Assembly (NCBI GenBank): GCA_964470645.1
Contig: CAYYDP010000002.1
Location: forward strand, 1-60,506
DNA: 60,506 nt
Reading direction: 5' to 3'
Source: an uncultured Gammaproteobacteria bacterium
GTDB taxonomy: Bacteria; Patescibacteriota; Patescibacteriia; CAYYDP01
Translations under genes and position numbers: made by a program
Notes under the pieces: generated by a model
What the model saw: only the letters and a program-made list of their open reading frames with translations
Databases searched by the model: none
What the model was told of the DNA's origin: nothing
Shown here: positions 38,017-47,153 of the stretch, piece after piece
How the letters are laid out: each line of letters begins with the position of its first letter
Numbering within the stretch: position 1 is the first letter of the stretch

Positions 38017-38113
38017 AATGCCATGATATGCTATCGTGAACAACACGCATACTATGATTCGTTGGCTTTGGTATTATAGCAAATTTTTCGTTCAAATCGG
38101 AAAACGAAACTCG

Positions 38114-38641
38114 ATGCCCGTCATAAAGGAGGCAACGGTATACGACATTGATGTTAATGCCTTAGTAAAGCGCGGAGTGACACTGTTTCTATTTGACGCG
38201 GATGATACCATTGCGGGGTATTCAGCACAAAAACTTCCACAACAAACCACAGAACTTTTCAAACAGATTCAACTGCTTCCGGGTGTTCAAATTGTGGTTG
38301 CTACAAACGCTTCTCGTAAAAGAAAAACTCTTATTGCCAATGTCCTCGCGCACATCGGCATTCCTGTTGCGGGTTCGGGAAAAAAACCAGATCCTGTCGT
38401 TTTCGCCGATATTCTGAAGTCGTTTAACCGCCGACCGGACCAAAGCGTCATGGTCGGCGACAGACTCGGCACCGATCTATGGGGCGCGTATCTCTCCGAA
38501 ATTCCCAACCTCATCCTCGTTGAGCCCTACTCGTCGCGTTTTCAAGGAAACGCCGCACCGGCAATCATCCGTGTCATGCGGTGGCTGGAATTCATGGCTT
38601 CGCGAACATTGTTGCAACACGCCGCAAGGCGTGGATTATGA
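38114..38641 (+). CDS. HAD-superfamily phosphatase (YqeG/IIIA-like)
   Basis: It has the DxDxT motif FLFDADDTIA, plus VVATNASRKR, GKKPDP and MVGDRLGTD. Confidence 0.7.
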   Translation: MPVIKEATVYDIDVNALVKRGVTLFLFDADDTIAGYSAQKLPQQTTELFKQIQLLPGVQIVVATNASRKRKTLIANVLAHIGIPVAGSGKKPDPVVFADILKSFNRRPDQSVMVGDRLGTDLWGAYLSEIPNLILVEPYSSRFQGNAAPAIIRVMRWLEFMASRTLLQHAARRGL

Positions 38642-39247
38642 AGGTAAATCGTGTTTAACAAAAACAGGAGCTATGTGTGTTACCAACGAAGACAGCGACA
38701 GCAACGCGGTTATCCAAGCGAACGTCAATACTGAAGTTTGGATCCAATCAGTGTTGAAAAACGCTGAACATAGAAACAACGGGACCAATAAGCTTTGAAA
38801 AACCATTTTCAATTTACCAACTATTGTTGCGGGAATGAGGGTATGTTTGGGCGGGAAAAGCGCTTGATACGCGAGTACACTCTCGCATGCCAAAATAATA
38901 AGGATTGAGGCCGTAGGACCAAAAGGAATTAAACTACACGCGATCAAAAATTTATCACTAACGCGATCAAGAACTGCTCCTTTGACCGATACTTCTAATT
39001 TTTGTTCTCGACGCAACAACCGGGCAAGCGGACCGTCGATAGCGTCCGTTGCCACCACCAAACCATAAAGGATGACAACAAAAACAACTCGTGCTAGACT
39101 GGGCTTCATAAGCGCGTATGCGATAGAAAGCCCGATCCATGGACCCGAAAACATCCGGAACGCACTCAACCCGTCCGGCGTAATATGATAGCGGCGATAT
39201 AAATAATTTCCAATGGACTCACGAATGTGCATACGGTTTGTACCCAT
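38636..39247 (-). CDS. CDP-alcohol phosphatidyltransferase family protein
   Basis: DAIDGPLARLL...GAVLDRVSDK is the CDP-alcohol transferase signature with a longer spacer. It is a multi-TM protein. Confidence 0.7.
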   Translation of the reverse strand: MGTNRMHIRESIGNYLYRRYHITPDGLSAFRMFSGPWIGLSIAYALMKPSLARVVFVVILYGLVVATDAIDGPLARLLRREQKLEVSVKGAVLDRVSDKFLIACSLIPFGPTASILIILACESVLAYQALFPPKHTLIPATIVGKLKMVFQSLLVPLFLCSAFFNTDWIQTSVLTFAWITALLSLSSLVTHIAPVFVKHDLPS

Positions 39248-39272
39248 TGTAACGAATCAAGCATAAAAAGTC

Positions 39273-39773
39273 ATGCACACACTCACCCACACCACAACAG
39301 GACTCTTGATCGGTGCGATCGCATTTCCAAATGAGCCCGCGTTTCAAGCACTTTGTGTGCTTGCTTCGAATCTTCCCGACGCAACGCTGGTTTCCAACTG
39401 GCTTCGCGCGCGAAAAACCGACAACACATCACACCACAATGAGCGTTCAAAGGAAATATCCCATTCGATCTTCGTGTGGGGAATTCTTTGTGGTGCATCA
39501 CTGATTTGGATTCCCATTTGCATACCATTCGCGATCAGTGGACTCGTTCACGTTCTGTTTGATGTATTCAGTCACGGTCATGGAATGAATCAAGCGATAC
39601 GAGAGAGCGATGCAGGCATGCTCTGGCCGTTTCGCAGACGCATCGGCGACCTCATTGGATATGTTTGGGAATACCGGCATCGAGATGGTAGCATTCCCTG
39701 GCCGCCAAAGCCTTTGGAGCTTGGAATTATTGTTTCAACAGTTGTCATGTTTTTGATTACCGTCTTTGCCTAA
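39273..39773 (+). CDS. Membrane-bound metal-dependent hydrolase-like protein (YdjM/DUF457-like, tentative)
   Basis: It is a His-rich small membrane protein starting MHTLTHTTTGLLIG. Confidence 0.35.
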   Translation: MHTLTHTTTGLLIGAIAFPNEPAFQALCVLASNLPDATLVSNWLRARKTDNTSHHNERSKEISHSIFVWGILCGASLIWIPICIPFAISGLVHVLFDVFSHGHGMNQAIRESDAGMLWPFRRRIGDLIGYVWEYRHRDGSIPWPPKPLELGIIVSTVVMFLITVFA

Positions 39774-40384
39774 GCAAGCGTTCTATTCCACTCTCTCAAT
39801 TTCCCCGCTTTAATCTCAATCTGATCAGCCTTTCGGAGCTTGATTCCGCGCGGGAGGATGGTGAAATGTTTTGAACGATCAAGATCACGAGAGATGTACC
39901 ACAAATGCTTCTCACCTGTGATCCAAGAACGGTCTGTATATTGGCGAAGATCAAACGGGGCCGAATAACTTCGCATCACCTTTTTTCCAGAATCCGTGAA
40001 ATACTCATGGAAGTAGGACATTGCAAGCTCATGAAAGCTTCGATATACCGGTTCACGATACCGAATCGTCGCGTGATTGGTTTTGCTGATTGCTCCCCAA
40101 CGGCCATGCTGTCGGAATAAGGCAACCACGTGTTCAAAATCATCGTTCGTTGTTTTGAGATCAAGTAGCAGTGGTCGAGCACCATGAAACCACAACACAG
40201 CTGCGGCAAATAACGCACCTTCCATGCAATGCGCGGTTTTCTTCTTCATCACCATTCGAGGTGAATAGAGTGTTTCTCCCTTCTTCTCAAAATTAATCGG
40301 CAACGAATCCAAGTAATCCTGAATCTTCTGAGGAGTGGAAAGTTTTCTGAATAATCTGGTTTCACTTTGATTTAATCCGAACAT
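39770..40384 (-). CDS. Transglutaminase-like cysteine-protease-fold protein (tentative)
   Basis: A Cys/His/Asp-type arrangement is visible (TAHCMEGALFAA ... DFEHVVALF). ATG at 40384 (MFGLNQSETRLF) is preferred. Confidence 0.45.
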   Translation of the reverse strand: MFGLNQSETRLFRKLSTPQKIQDYLDSLPINFEKKGETLYSPRMVMKKKTAHCMEGALFAAAVLWFHGARPLLLDLKTTNDDFEHVVALFRQHGRWGAISKTNHATIRYREPVYRSFHELAMSYFHEYFTDSGKKVMRSYSAPFDLRQYTDRSWITGEKHLWYISRDLDRSKHFTILPRGIKLRKADQIEIKAGKLREWNRTLA

Positions 40385-40394
40385 ATCCAAATAG

Positions 40395-41159
40395 TTATTT
40401 ATTATTTTCAGTTTTACCTTTGATGGGGGTGCACGATTTCCAGACAATTTCAAAAAGAGGTTTTAGGGCATGGGCGAGTTTTTCAGATTTAATGAACACA
40501 AGGAATGGCAATCCATCTAGCGACGAAATTGAAAATGTATCTTCGGTAAGCACGACGTCGGTTTCAAATCGTGTTTCGCGCGGAAGGATCCGTACGTTTT
40601 GGCCGGCATTTTGATACTCAAGCCCAAACATTCGATCGATGTGGTTGTCGGGGATCACATGGCGTGCCTGAATTTTGTATTTACGACGTTTATAATTTGA
40701 TATCCATTGTTTAACAAGTCCGGGGAAGTGTTCGTGAATCTTCGCGTAAGAAGAAATAAAGAACGCCTCGGCTGAAACATTGAAGCTTTCATAAACATTT
40801 CGTATTCCCTCTTTCGTATCGACATAGTGAATCTCTGGACGCGTTGAGTTCTTATTCCCCAAGGTCTGGAGTAGCGGAAGCATCTGACCTATGGAGTGGA
40901 CGATGCTTTTTTGTTTCGAAAGAAGAAACGAAGGATCTAGTGGTTTGTATTCATTCACTTTTTTATTGAGTGATTGAGTGGCATAACCCCGCGCAATTAG
41001 TTGTTCAAGGATTACATAGGTAATTGATTTTTTGAGTCCTGCAGTTTGCGCGATGTTTGTTGCGGTTCCCGACTTTATTTCTAATAACGCAAGATAACAC
41101 CGTGCCTCTTTTTCATTCATCCCGGCGTCTTTAAGGGTTCTAACGAGTACATGATCCAT
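40395..41159 (-). CDS. TrmB-like regulator, paralog T8
   Basis: The wHTH is MNEKEARCYLALLEIKSGTATNIAQTAGLKKSITYVILEQLIARGY. Confidence 0.8.
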   Translation of the reverse strand: MDHVLVRTLKDAGMNEKEARCYLALLEIKSGTATNIAQTAGLKKSITYVILEQLIARGYATQSLNKKVNEYKPLDPSFLLSKQKSIVHSIGQMLPLLQTLGNKNSTRPEIHYVDTKEGIRNVYESFNVSAEAFFISSYAKIHEHFPGLVKQWISNYKRRKYKIQARHVIPDNHIDRMFGLEYQNAGQNVRILPRETRFETDVVLTEDTFSISSLDGLPFLVFIKSEKLAHALKPLFEIVWKSCTPIKGKTENNK

Positions 41160-41237
41160 AAGTCAAAGATTTTGATGAATTTTGATCTGGCTTACCTATT
41201 TTATCCTTTAAAAAGCGAAAAATCAAGTTCTAAGTCA

Positions 41238-41266
41238 TTGACAAATAATTGCTCTTTTCGTATTCA
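41238..41266 (+). promoter_or_regulatory. Sigma70-like promoter for the DUF2419 gene
   Basis: TTGACA (41238-41243), a 17-nt spacer, then TATTCA (41261-41266). Confidence 0.5.
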
Positions 41267-41294
41267 TTGATTGTTCCATAGGTTCAGCACTGCT

Positions 41295-42257
41295 ATGAAT
41301 AAGGTTCTCGACACAACGAAATTCGTGGTTGAACATTCTGATTTTGTCAACATAAACCACGAAAAACTTATCAACTACTCACAGAAACTTTCCCAAGAAA
41401 CGTTCAGACACTGGCTGTGTGTCGCGCCGTATTCTTTTGATTCATTGACACTTACTGATGAAGAAAAACTTCGTCTATTATTCGTGTTTAATACGATCAG
41501 CTTTTCTTATTGGGGTGAGCCGAAATGGGCTATTGAATACGATAATCGCAAATACGACGGCTCGTGGGGAATGATCTCCGCGTTATATCGTGCAATTAAG
41601 GAAGAAATCCCAATCTTAGACTTTAAGTATCTTGCTAGAATGAAAAAACCAATCTTCGGGCACATCATGAGAAGTAACGCCGTGATCCCTCTCTTTGATG
41701 AACGGCTTAAATTTATTAACGATATAGGATTTCAAACACAGCGTATGTACGATGGCAGCATGCACAATCTTATCGCTTCATCAGATTTTGACGCACTAAA
41801 ACTTTTAGATGTCTTAACACAGAATTTTCCCTCCTTTCACGACAGCGCATTTTATAAAGGAAAGGAGATTTTCTTTTTTAAGCGAGCACAATTATTTATC
41901 GCGGACGTCCGTCAAATGTTTAACGGACGTGATTATGGAAACCTGAAAAACATCGACTATGTCACTGCATGTGCAGATTACAAGCTGCCACAAATCTTAA
42001 GAAAATTTGGGATTTTGGAATACCAACCGTCACTCGAGCAAAAAGTTGATCAAAAAGTTGAAATTGCAAAACACTCTCCTGAAGAGATTGAGATTCGCGC
42101 AAACACCATCTGGGCAGTAGAATGGATCAAGACGGAGATCAAAAAAACACACCCGAGCGTTACATCATTCAACATAAACGACCATCTTTGGCTCGAAACG
42201 CAAATTAAGCTTCCGGATGATAAACCCTACCACCGAACACGGACAACAGCGTATTGA
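41295..42257 (+). CDS. Queuosine-salvage family protein (DUF2419/QNG1-like)
   Basis: ISFSYWGEPKW, FFKRAQLFIADV and CADYKLPQILRKFGIL are as recalled for DUF2419. Confidence 0.6.
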   Translation: MNKVLDTTKFVVEHSDFVNINHEKLINYSQKLSQETFRHWLCVAPYSFDSLTLTDEEKLRLLFVFNTISFSYWGEPKWAIEYDNRKYDGSWGMISALYRAIKEEIPILDFKYLARMKKPIFGHIMRSNAVIPLFDERLKFINDIGFQTQRMYDGSMHNLIASSDFDALKLLDVLTQNFPSFHDSAFYKGKEIFFFKRAQLFIADVRQMFNGRDYGNLKNIDYVTACADYKLPQILRKFGILEYQPSLEQKVDQKVEIAKHSPEEIEIRANTIWAVEWIKTEIKKTHPSVTSFNINDHLWLETQIKLPDDKPYHRTRTTAY

Positions 42258-43051
42258 ATAAGCCGCAACGAATCCAAGTAATCCTGAATCTTCTGAGGAG
42301 TGGAAAGTTTTCTGAATAATCTGGTTTCTTTTGGTGTGAGATTGGAGAACATAAAGTTACCACTGTTGTAAGATTGCTTCGGATGCCTCGCAATGACATT
42401 GTAAATATTGCTAAATGATCCTGTATTTAAAAACTGTTTCGTATAGTGAATCACCTCCGGATTCGAAAGGAGTGAATCATGGCATTCGTCCACCGTGACG
42501 AAATCTTTCATAAATGGCAGCTTGGTTTCCTCAATTTTCACCTTGCCGTCAGAATCCGTGGTATCAAAAAAACGGTTAACGTAGAAAAGCGGGATCGGCG
42601 GTTTTGTAATCTTCGCCTTTGTTCCTGCAATAATTCCAACAAAAAAATCGGGTGTTAATGGAAGATAATCACTTTCGTGGTCCAAAAAATCTTCGATAAG
42701 CTTTCCCAGTAACAGTTTCCATTTTCGATCTTTTATCGCCACTCTGAGGAGCATTGCGCCTCGATTCGGCGGACCAATCATCACTGCGCGGTTTAAGCCT
42801 TCCGTTCCAAATCGAGCAAGATAATTTCGCAGGATGATTGCACCAAAACTCATCGTGACCGCGAAATACTCTTGCACGCCCTGTTGTTCTAAAAACTGTC
42901 GGAGACGCATTCGTATCTCTGGAATGGTTTCTTTATTTGAATAGGAAAAATAGTGGATACTGTATCCGTCTTTTTCTAGCTCAAGAAGCATGTTCCGAAA
43001 CGAAAACTTCAGCTGATTCAACCCGTGAATGATGAGAAGATTTTTTGCCAT
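42227..43051 (-). CDS. Alpha/beta-hydrolase-fold protein with chimeric C-terminus
   Basis: LLIIHGLNQ and a nucleophile-elbow-like VTMSFGA are present. The ORF reads in frame into the duplicated gene fragment at 42265-42352, so its last ~40 codons derive from another gene. Confidence 0.55.
   Translation of the reverse strand: MAKNLLIIHGLNQLKFSFRNMLLELEKDGYSIHYFSYSNKETIPEIRMRLRQFLEQQGVQEYFAVTMSFGAIILRNYLARFGTEGLNRAVMIGPPNRGAMLLRVAIKDRKWKLLLGKLIEDFLDHESDYLPLTPDFFVGIIAGTKAKITKPPIPLFYVNRFFDTTDSDGKVKIEETKLPFMKDFVTVDECHDSLLSNPEVIHYTKQFLNTGSFSNIYNVIARHPKQSYNSGNFMFSNLTPKETRLFRKLSTPQKIQDYLDSLRLIQYAVVRVRW
42265..42352 (-). repeat. Duplicated 5' terminus of the gene at 39770-40384 (gene fragment)
   Basis: Positions 42265-42328 are identical (64 of 64) to 40300-40363. 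Weaker similarity continues to an ATG (MFSNLTPKETRLFRKLSTPQKIQDYLDSL). Confidence 0.9.
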
Positions 43052-43114
43052 AGATTTAACGTATATTATCAAATTACAAACACCTATTCGTTCCCCCTAT
43101 CATTTTACTCGCTC

Positions 43115-43143
43115 TTGACAATACGTACCAATCAATTTACCAT
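43115..43143 (+). promoter_or_regulatory. Sigma70-like promoter for the TA operon
   Basis: TTGACA (43115-43120), a 17-nt spacer, then TACCAT (43138-43143). Confidence 0.45.
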
Positions 43144-43169
43144 ATAGCTATAAACTAGTTATTAACTAT

Positions 43170-43484
43170 ATGGCTTACGACTCACAGGCACAAGTTAGTT
43201 TTAAAACGAGCCAGCGGCTGAAGGAAAAAGCCCTAGAAAAAGCTGAAGCGCAGGGAATCACCTTAAAAGCCTTGCTCACGATGGCGATGAACGCGTTTGT
43301 ACAGGACGAACTTGAGATTGCTATGCGACCCAAGGGAGAGACTCCCTCACCCTATCTTATCAACGCGATTCGATCTTCAGAAGAAGATATCAAACAGGGA
43401 CGAGTTTCTCTTTCTTTTGATAATGCCGATGACGCAATCAAATGGCTCAACCGAAAACCTCGAACGTATGCGCGTTCAATTTAG
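43170..43484 (+). CDS. RelB/DinJ-like antitoxin
   Basis: It is a small ORF upstream of, and overlapping by 17 nt, the RelE/YafQ-like toxin. The N-terminal VSFKTSQRLKEKA is RHH-like. Confidence 0.55.
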   Translation: MAYDSQAQVSFKTSQRLKEKALEKAEAQGITLKALLTMAMNAFVQDELEIAMRPKGETPSPYLINAIRSSEEDIKQGRVSLSFDNADDAIKWLNRKPRTYARSI

Positions 43485-43731
43485 TCGTCAATTCGCAAAG
43501 CTTTACGATAAAACACCATTGAAGATTCGAGGAGTATTCGACGAACGACTTCGATTGTTCACTCATGATCAATTTCACCCTCTCCTTTCAAACCATCAAC
43601 TCACAGGAGAATGGAAAGGATACCGAAGCATCAATATCACCGGAGACTGGAGAGCTATTTTCCACGAACTAAATGATACTGACTCAATCATCTTCGACGC
43701 AATCGGAACTCACAGTCAACTGTATTCATAA
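43468..43731 (+). CDS. RelE/YafQ-family mRNA interferase toxin
   Basis: LSNHQLTGEWKGYRSINITGDWRAIF ... AIGTHSQLY matches the YafQ/RelE signature. ATG at 43468. Confidence 0.75.
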   Translation: MRVQFSRQFAKLYDKTPLKIRGVFDERLRLFTHDQFHPLLSNHQLTGEWKGYRSINITGDWRAIFHELNDTDSIIFDAIGTHSQLYS

Positions 43732-43732
43732 C

Positions 43733-43870
43733 TCAATCCAGCACATCCGCCCATACAATCCTCCTCTCATTCTCCCTCTTTCCGTGACCAATCTTCACCC
43801 AAACAATCTTCGCCTCATCGGCATATTGTTTCAAGATATTTGAAATTTTCTCTGCCCACTCAATCAAGAT
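43733..43870 (-). repeat. Duplicated 3' terminus of the tsaC-tsaE gene (gene fragment)
   Basis: It aligns with 47154-47290 at roughly three quarters identity by eye. It translates as IEWAEKISNILKQYADEAKIVWVKIGHGKRENERRIVWADVLD*, compared with the intact IEWAEKVTNILKKYSDEAKIIWVKIGHGKRENERTIEWSDMVV*. It starts immediately after the T9 stop codon, in frame with it. Confidence 0.9.
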
Positions 43871-44620
43871 TCAATGCTGCACTCGTTTCCAATGATCCTC
43901 AAAGACATTTTGCAACAATTCAACCATCGCTTTATTCTCAATCATGACTCCGACGGCATCCGCGTACGAAAAGAGATAAATTCGATTCCCCACAAGATAC
44001 ATGCCAGCTTTTTGCGGCTTCATATTGAGTCTTTTAATTTCGCGTCCGTATCGGCTTGAGTCATCGACAATATTGAAATCATCTCTCCCCTCCCCGACGA
44101 ATAATTTCGTCTTCGTACCATATCGGTGGCGCTTGCGAACAAACGTATATAAAAACTTTCCGAGCGTCTCCCGGAAGGTATTTACGCCATATCCACGAAA
44201 TTCTTTCACGCCTCCCACGCGATGCTGCCTCAATATGTCCTCAAATAACCGAATAAGACCCATTCGTCCCTCATAATATTCCACCTTCGGAAATTCCGGA
44301 GGTTGTTTTTGCTTTGAACGAAGTATGGACATCTCCTCAGCGAGAGATTGCTTAACATTTTCAATACTTTTCTTCTGATTTTCTAATAATTCTTCAAGAC
44401 GACTAACGTCTGCAAAAAATGATTTTACGCCGTTTTCATTACTTTGTTCTACAAGCTCTCTTCGAACAAGGTTCTTGAGAATCGAATATGTGGTCTGGCG
44501 TGGAAGACCGACTGACTTCGCGAGCGATGAAACTCCCATTTTCCCCAGGGTAATGAGCGAAACGTAAACTTTGGACTCTTTATCCGATAATCCTAAAAGT
44601 TGAAGCGATTTTTTAAGCAT
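43871..44620 (-). CDS. TrmB-like regulator, paralog T9
   Basis: The wHTH is LSDKESKVYVSLITLGKMGVSSLAKSVGLPRQTTYSILKNLVRRELV. Confidence 0.8.
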   Translation of the reverse strand: MLKKSLQLLGLSDKESKVYVSLITLGKMGVSSLAKSVGLPRQTTYSILKNLVRRELVEQSNENGVKSFFADVSRLEELLENQKKSIENVKQSLAEEMSILRSKQKQPPEFPKVEYYEGRMGLIRLFEDILRQHRVGGVKEFRGYGVNTFRETLGKFLYTFVRKRHRYGTKTKLFVGEGRDDFNIVDDSSRYGREIKRLNMKPQKAGMYLVGNRIYLFSYADAVGVMIENKAMVELLQNVFEDHWKRVQH

Positions 44621-44690
44621 ATTGAGGTGACGACGAAACACTTCGTCAAAGTATATTGTATTTCAAAACGAAAAGCAATAGTTTGACCTT

Positions 44691-44981
44691 ATGGAATTTT
44701 GGAATCTTAATATTAATAACCATAAAGAACAGCTTCCAGCATTACAACGTCTTGGCAAAGACTTCCTAGGGCGTTTCGGAAACGCATTCCGCGTTTATGA
44801 TTTTCTCGAAAAAACTCAAGATTTGGAACCATACACAAAGGATGAGCTGTACGTCCTATTTGTGAGAGGTAACCGGCTGTTAAAACGTCTTACTACATCG
44901 AAAGCTCCGGTAGTTCAATCATTACTGATCGAACTTAATAATACAATACGATTCATTGAACAACGATTAAAAAACAACTAA
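44691..44981 (+). CDS. Hypothetical protein
   Basis: It is a clean 96-aa ORF placed first in the unit divergent from T9. No motif was recognised. Confidence 0.4.
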   Translation: MEFWNLNINNHKEQLPALQRLGKDFLGRFGNAFRVYDFLEKTQDLEPYTKDELYVLFVRGNRLLKRLTTSKAPVVQSLLIELNNTIRFIEQRLKNN

Positions 44982-44986
44982 TTACT

Positions 44987-45997
44987 ATGGCTTGCTCAAT
45001 CGCAGTCAATATACCGCTTCAAAGGCTTCGTAAACATCTTGGACTCCCTGAACAGTGCCACTCGAGCATTCGTTCCGAGCGCTGTCTTCATGGACTACCG
45101 TCAGGAGGAGTAGGAGCAAACGGAATCATTGGCGCTGCATTCGGATACTGCCAAGGATTAGTAAACAGATCCACCGAAGGACCGGCGGAGCATACCAATC
45201 TCGTCACAAAGACTCTTGAAGAGATCCACGCACCATGGAACCGAAGCCATGAATTATTCTGGGGTTACAAACCCGAGACAATGTCGGCGACAGAATTCAT
45301 CGAACTAGCAATCAGACCACTGGAAAAAGATGGGAGAGTTCCGGTATTGATTACCGGACTCGACCCGTCAGAAGATCGGGCTGAGATTGAAACCATTTTC
45401 AATGCCAAGCCGAAACTTGCTGAAGGAGAAACTATGCTCGTGAGACTGATCCTGAGCAACGAGAAATCAATAAACGCCGTCGTTGAACTTATTCGTAAAA
45501 TCATCCAAAACTCGGAAGTGAAATCGAAAATGCCCCAACTCTGGCCCCTTTTGCAAGGGCATTTAACCATTGTCCAATGGAATCAATTAAAAACTACATT
45601 GGGCAATTTTTGGAAATATGTAAACGTGGCGATCAATCCCTTCACTCCCCCGGAAATCATAACTGAAATAGAGCGTCAAGTGACTGTTGCGCAAATTGTC
45701 GTGGGGAATGAGTTTGGGATCACAGATGATGTGATCAATATCATTCCGGGAAATGATGTTTCGAATTCGCTCAAGGACAAAAAATATTCGTTAAAAGATT
45801 ATTTCACTACACTTCTATCTCTCGACACAACTCCGACACTGATCGTTTGTGGCCCGAGCAAACCGGAATGGAAGCCGGATGAAAACAAAAGACAACTCTC
45901 AAAACTTCTCATGTTAGTCAAAAAGTATGTCAATGAAATTCTTTGGAAAACCGTGTGTTCTGAACGCCAGAAACTGTTATGGGAATTACAAGCGTAA
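44987..45997 (+). CDS. Hypothetical protein
   Basis: It is a 336-aa ORF tightly linked to the flanking plus-strand genes. No motif was recognised. Confidence 0.45.
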   Translation: MACSIAVNIPLQRLRKHLGLPEQCHSSIRSERCLHGLPSGGVGANGIIGAAFGYCQGLVNRSTEGPAEHTNLVTKTLEEIHAPWNRSHELFWGYKPETMSATEFIELAIRPLEKDGRVPVLITGLDPSEDRAEIETIFNAKPKLAEGETMLVRLILSNEKSINAVVELIRKIIQNSEVKSKMPQLWPLLQGHLTIVQWNQLKTTLGNFWKYVNVAINPFTPPEIITEIERQVTVAQIVVGNEFGITDDVINIIPGNDVSNSLKDKKYSLKDYFTTLLSLDTTPTLIVCGPSKPEWKPDENKRQLSKLLMLVKKYVNEILWKTVCSERQKLLWELQA

Positions 45998-46013
45998 TAA
46001 CTTTGTTAACCAT

Positions 46014-47150
46014 ATGAACAAATCATATAAATGGATCGGGGTCATTGTTTTCTTAGCTTTAGTTATTTTCGGAGTATCGCTTATTGGATCAAAAAACAAA
46101 CCCAAAAACCAATCAACAATTACTATCGGAGGATTATTTCCATTCACGGGAGTCAGCGCATCATTTGGAGAACGCGCAAAACATGGAATGGAATTGGCCT
46201 TGGAAAAAGTGAATAGTGAATATCCTTTTGAGTTGAAGGTGATCTATGAGGACGACAAAGGCGAGTCAGCTGCCGCTGTTGCAGCGGCAAGGAAGCTCAT
46301 GGACATAGACAGAGTGAATATTATTATCGGAACGGCAAAGTCAGACCCAATGCTCGCAGTCGCGCCAATTACAGAAGCCGACAAGGTTATTTTATTCACT
46401 CCGATTGCCGGAGCTGCCGCCATTTCGCAAGCGGGCGATTATGTGTTTCGTAATCTCGAGGTGCCTGCGGCGCATGGAAAAGGGTCAACAGCGTTCTTAA
46501 AAAGCAAGGGCGTTACACGAGTAGCTCTGTTTACAGCTCAAGCATCAAACGCGCAAAGTTATGGTAAGGCGTTCCGCGACCACACAGAACAAGCGGGCGT
46601 CGCCATTGTATACTCAGCTGAGTATCCTAGCACTGAAAATGATTTTCGAACGAATATCCTGAAAGCAAAACAAGAAAACATTGATGCGTTTTACCTCGCG
46701 GTAGCGACTGGCAAAGATTCTGGTATTGCGACCAAACAAATTCGAGAAAGCGGATTTGCCGACACCATCATGGCAAGCGTCGCGAGTGAATCGCAGGAGT
46801 TTCTGGATTCCGCAGGTTCCGCGGCAGAAGGAGTGTTCGTTTCCTCAGCTACGTTTAATCCCAATGATCCGGTTGCAAAAGGATATACGGAGCAGTTCCG
46901 TGTTCGATATGGAAAAGAAAGCGACGGATTTGCGGCAAATGCCTATGACGCTGTCATACTCACCGCAAAATCAATCGAACACTGCAAGAACGATACGAAT
47001 ACCGACTGTATTCGTGATTATCTCTATAACGTGAAAGACTATCCAGGTGTTGGCGGTAAAACAACTTTTGACCAGAATGGAGACGTGATCAAGCCCGTAC
47101 AAATCAAAGAGGTCAAGAACGGAAAATTTGTTTCCATTGAGCTTCGGTAA
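46014..47150 (+). CDS. Membrane-anchored LivK-type solute-binding protein, P4
   Basis: A TM anchor is followed by ITIGGLFPFTGVSASFGERAKHGMELA and VIYEDDKGESAAAV. ATG at 46014. Confidence 0.85.
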   Translation: MNKSYKWIGVIVFLALVIFGVSLIGSKNKPKNQSTITIGGLFPFTGVSASFGERAKHGMELALEKVNSEYPFELKVIYEDDKGESAAAVAAARKLMDIDRVNIIIGTAKSDPMLAVAPITEADKVILFTPIAGAAAISQAGDYVFRNLEVPAAHGKGSTAFLKSKGVTRVALFTAQASNAQSYGKAFRDHTEQAGVAIVYSAEYPSTENDFRTNILKAKQENIDAFYLAVATGKDSGIATKQIRESGFADTIMASVASESQEFLDSAGSAAEGVFVSSATFNPNDPVAKGYTEQFRVRYGKESDGFAANAYDAVILTAKSIEHCKNDTNTDCIRDYLYNVKDYPGVGGKTTFDQNGDVIKPVQIKEVKNGKFVSIELR

Positions 47151-47153
47151 CTA

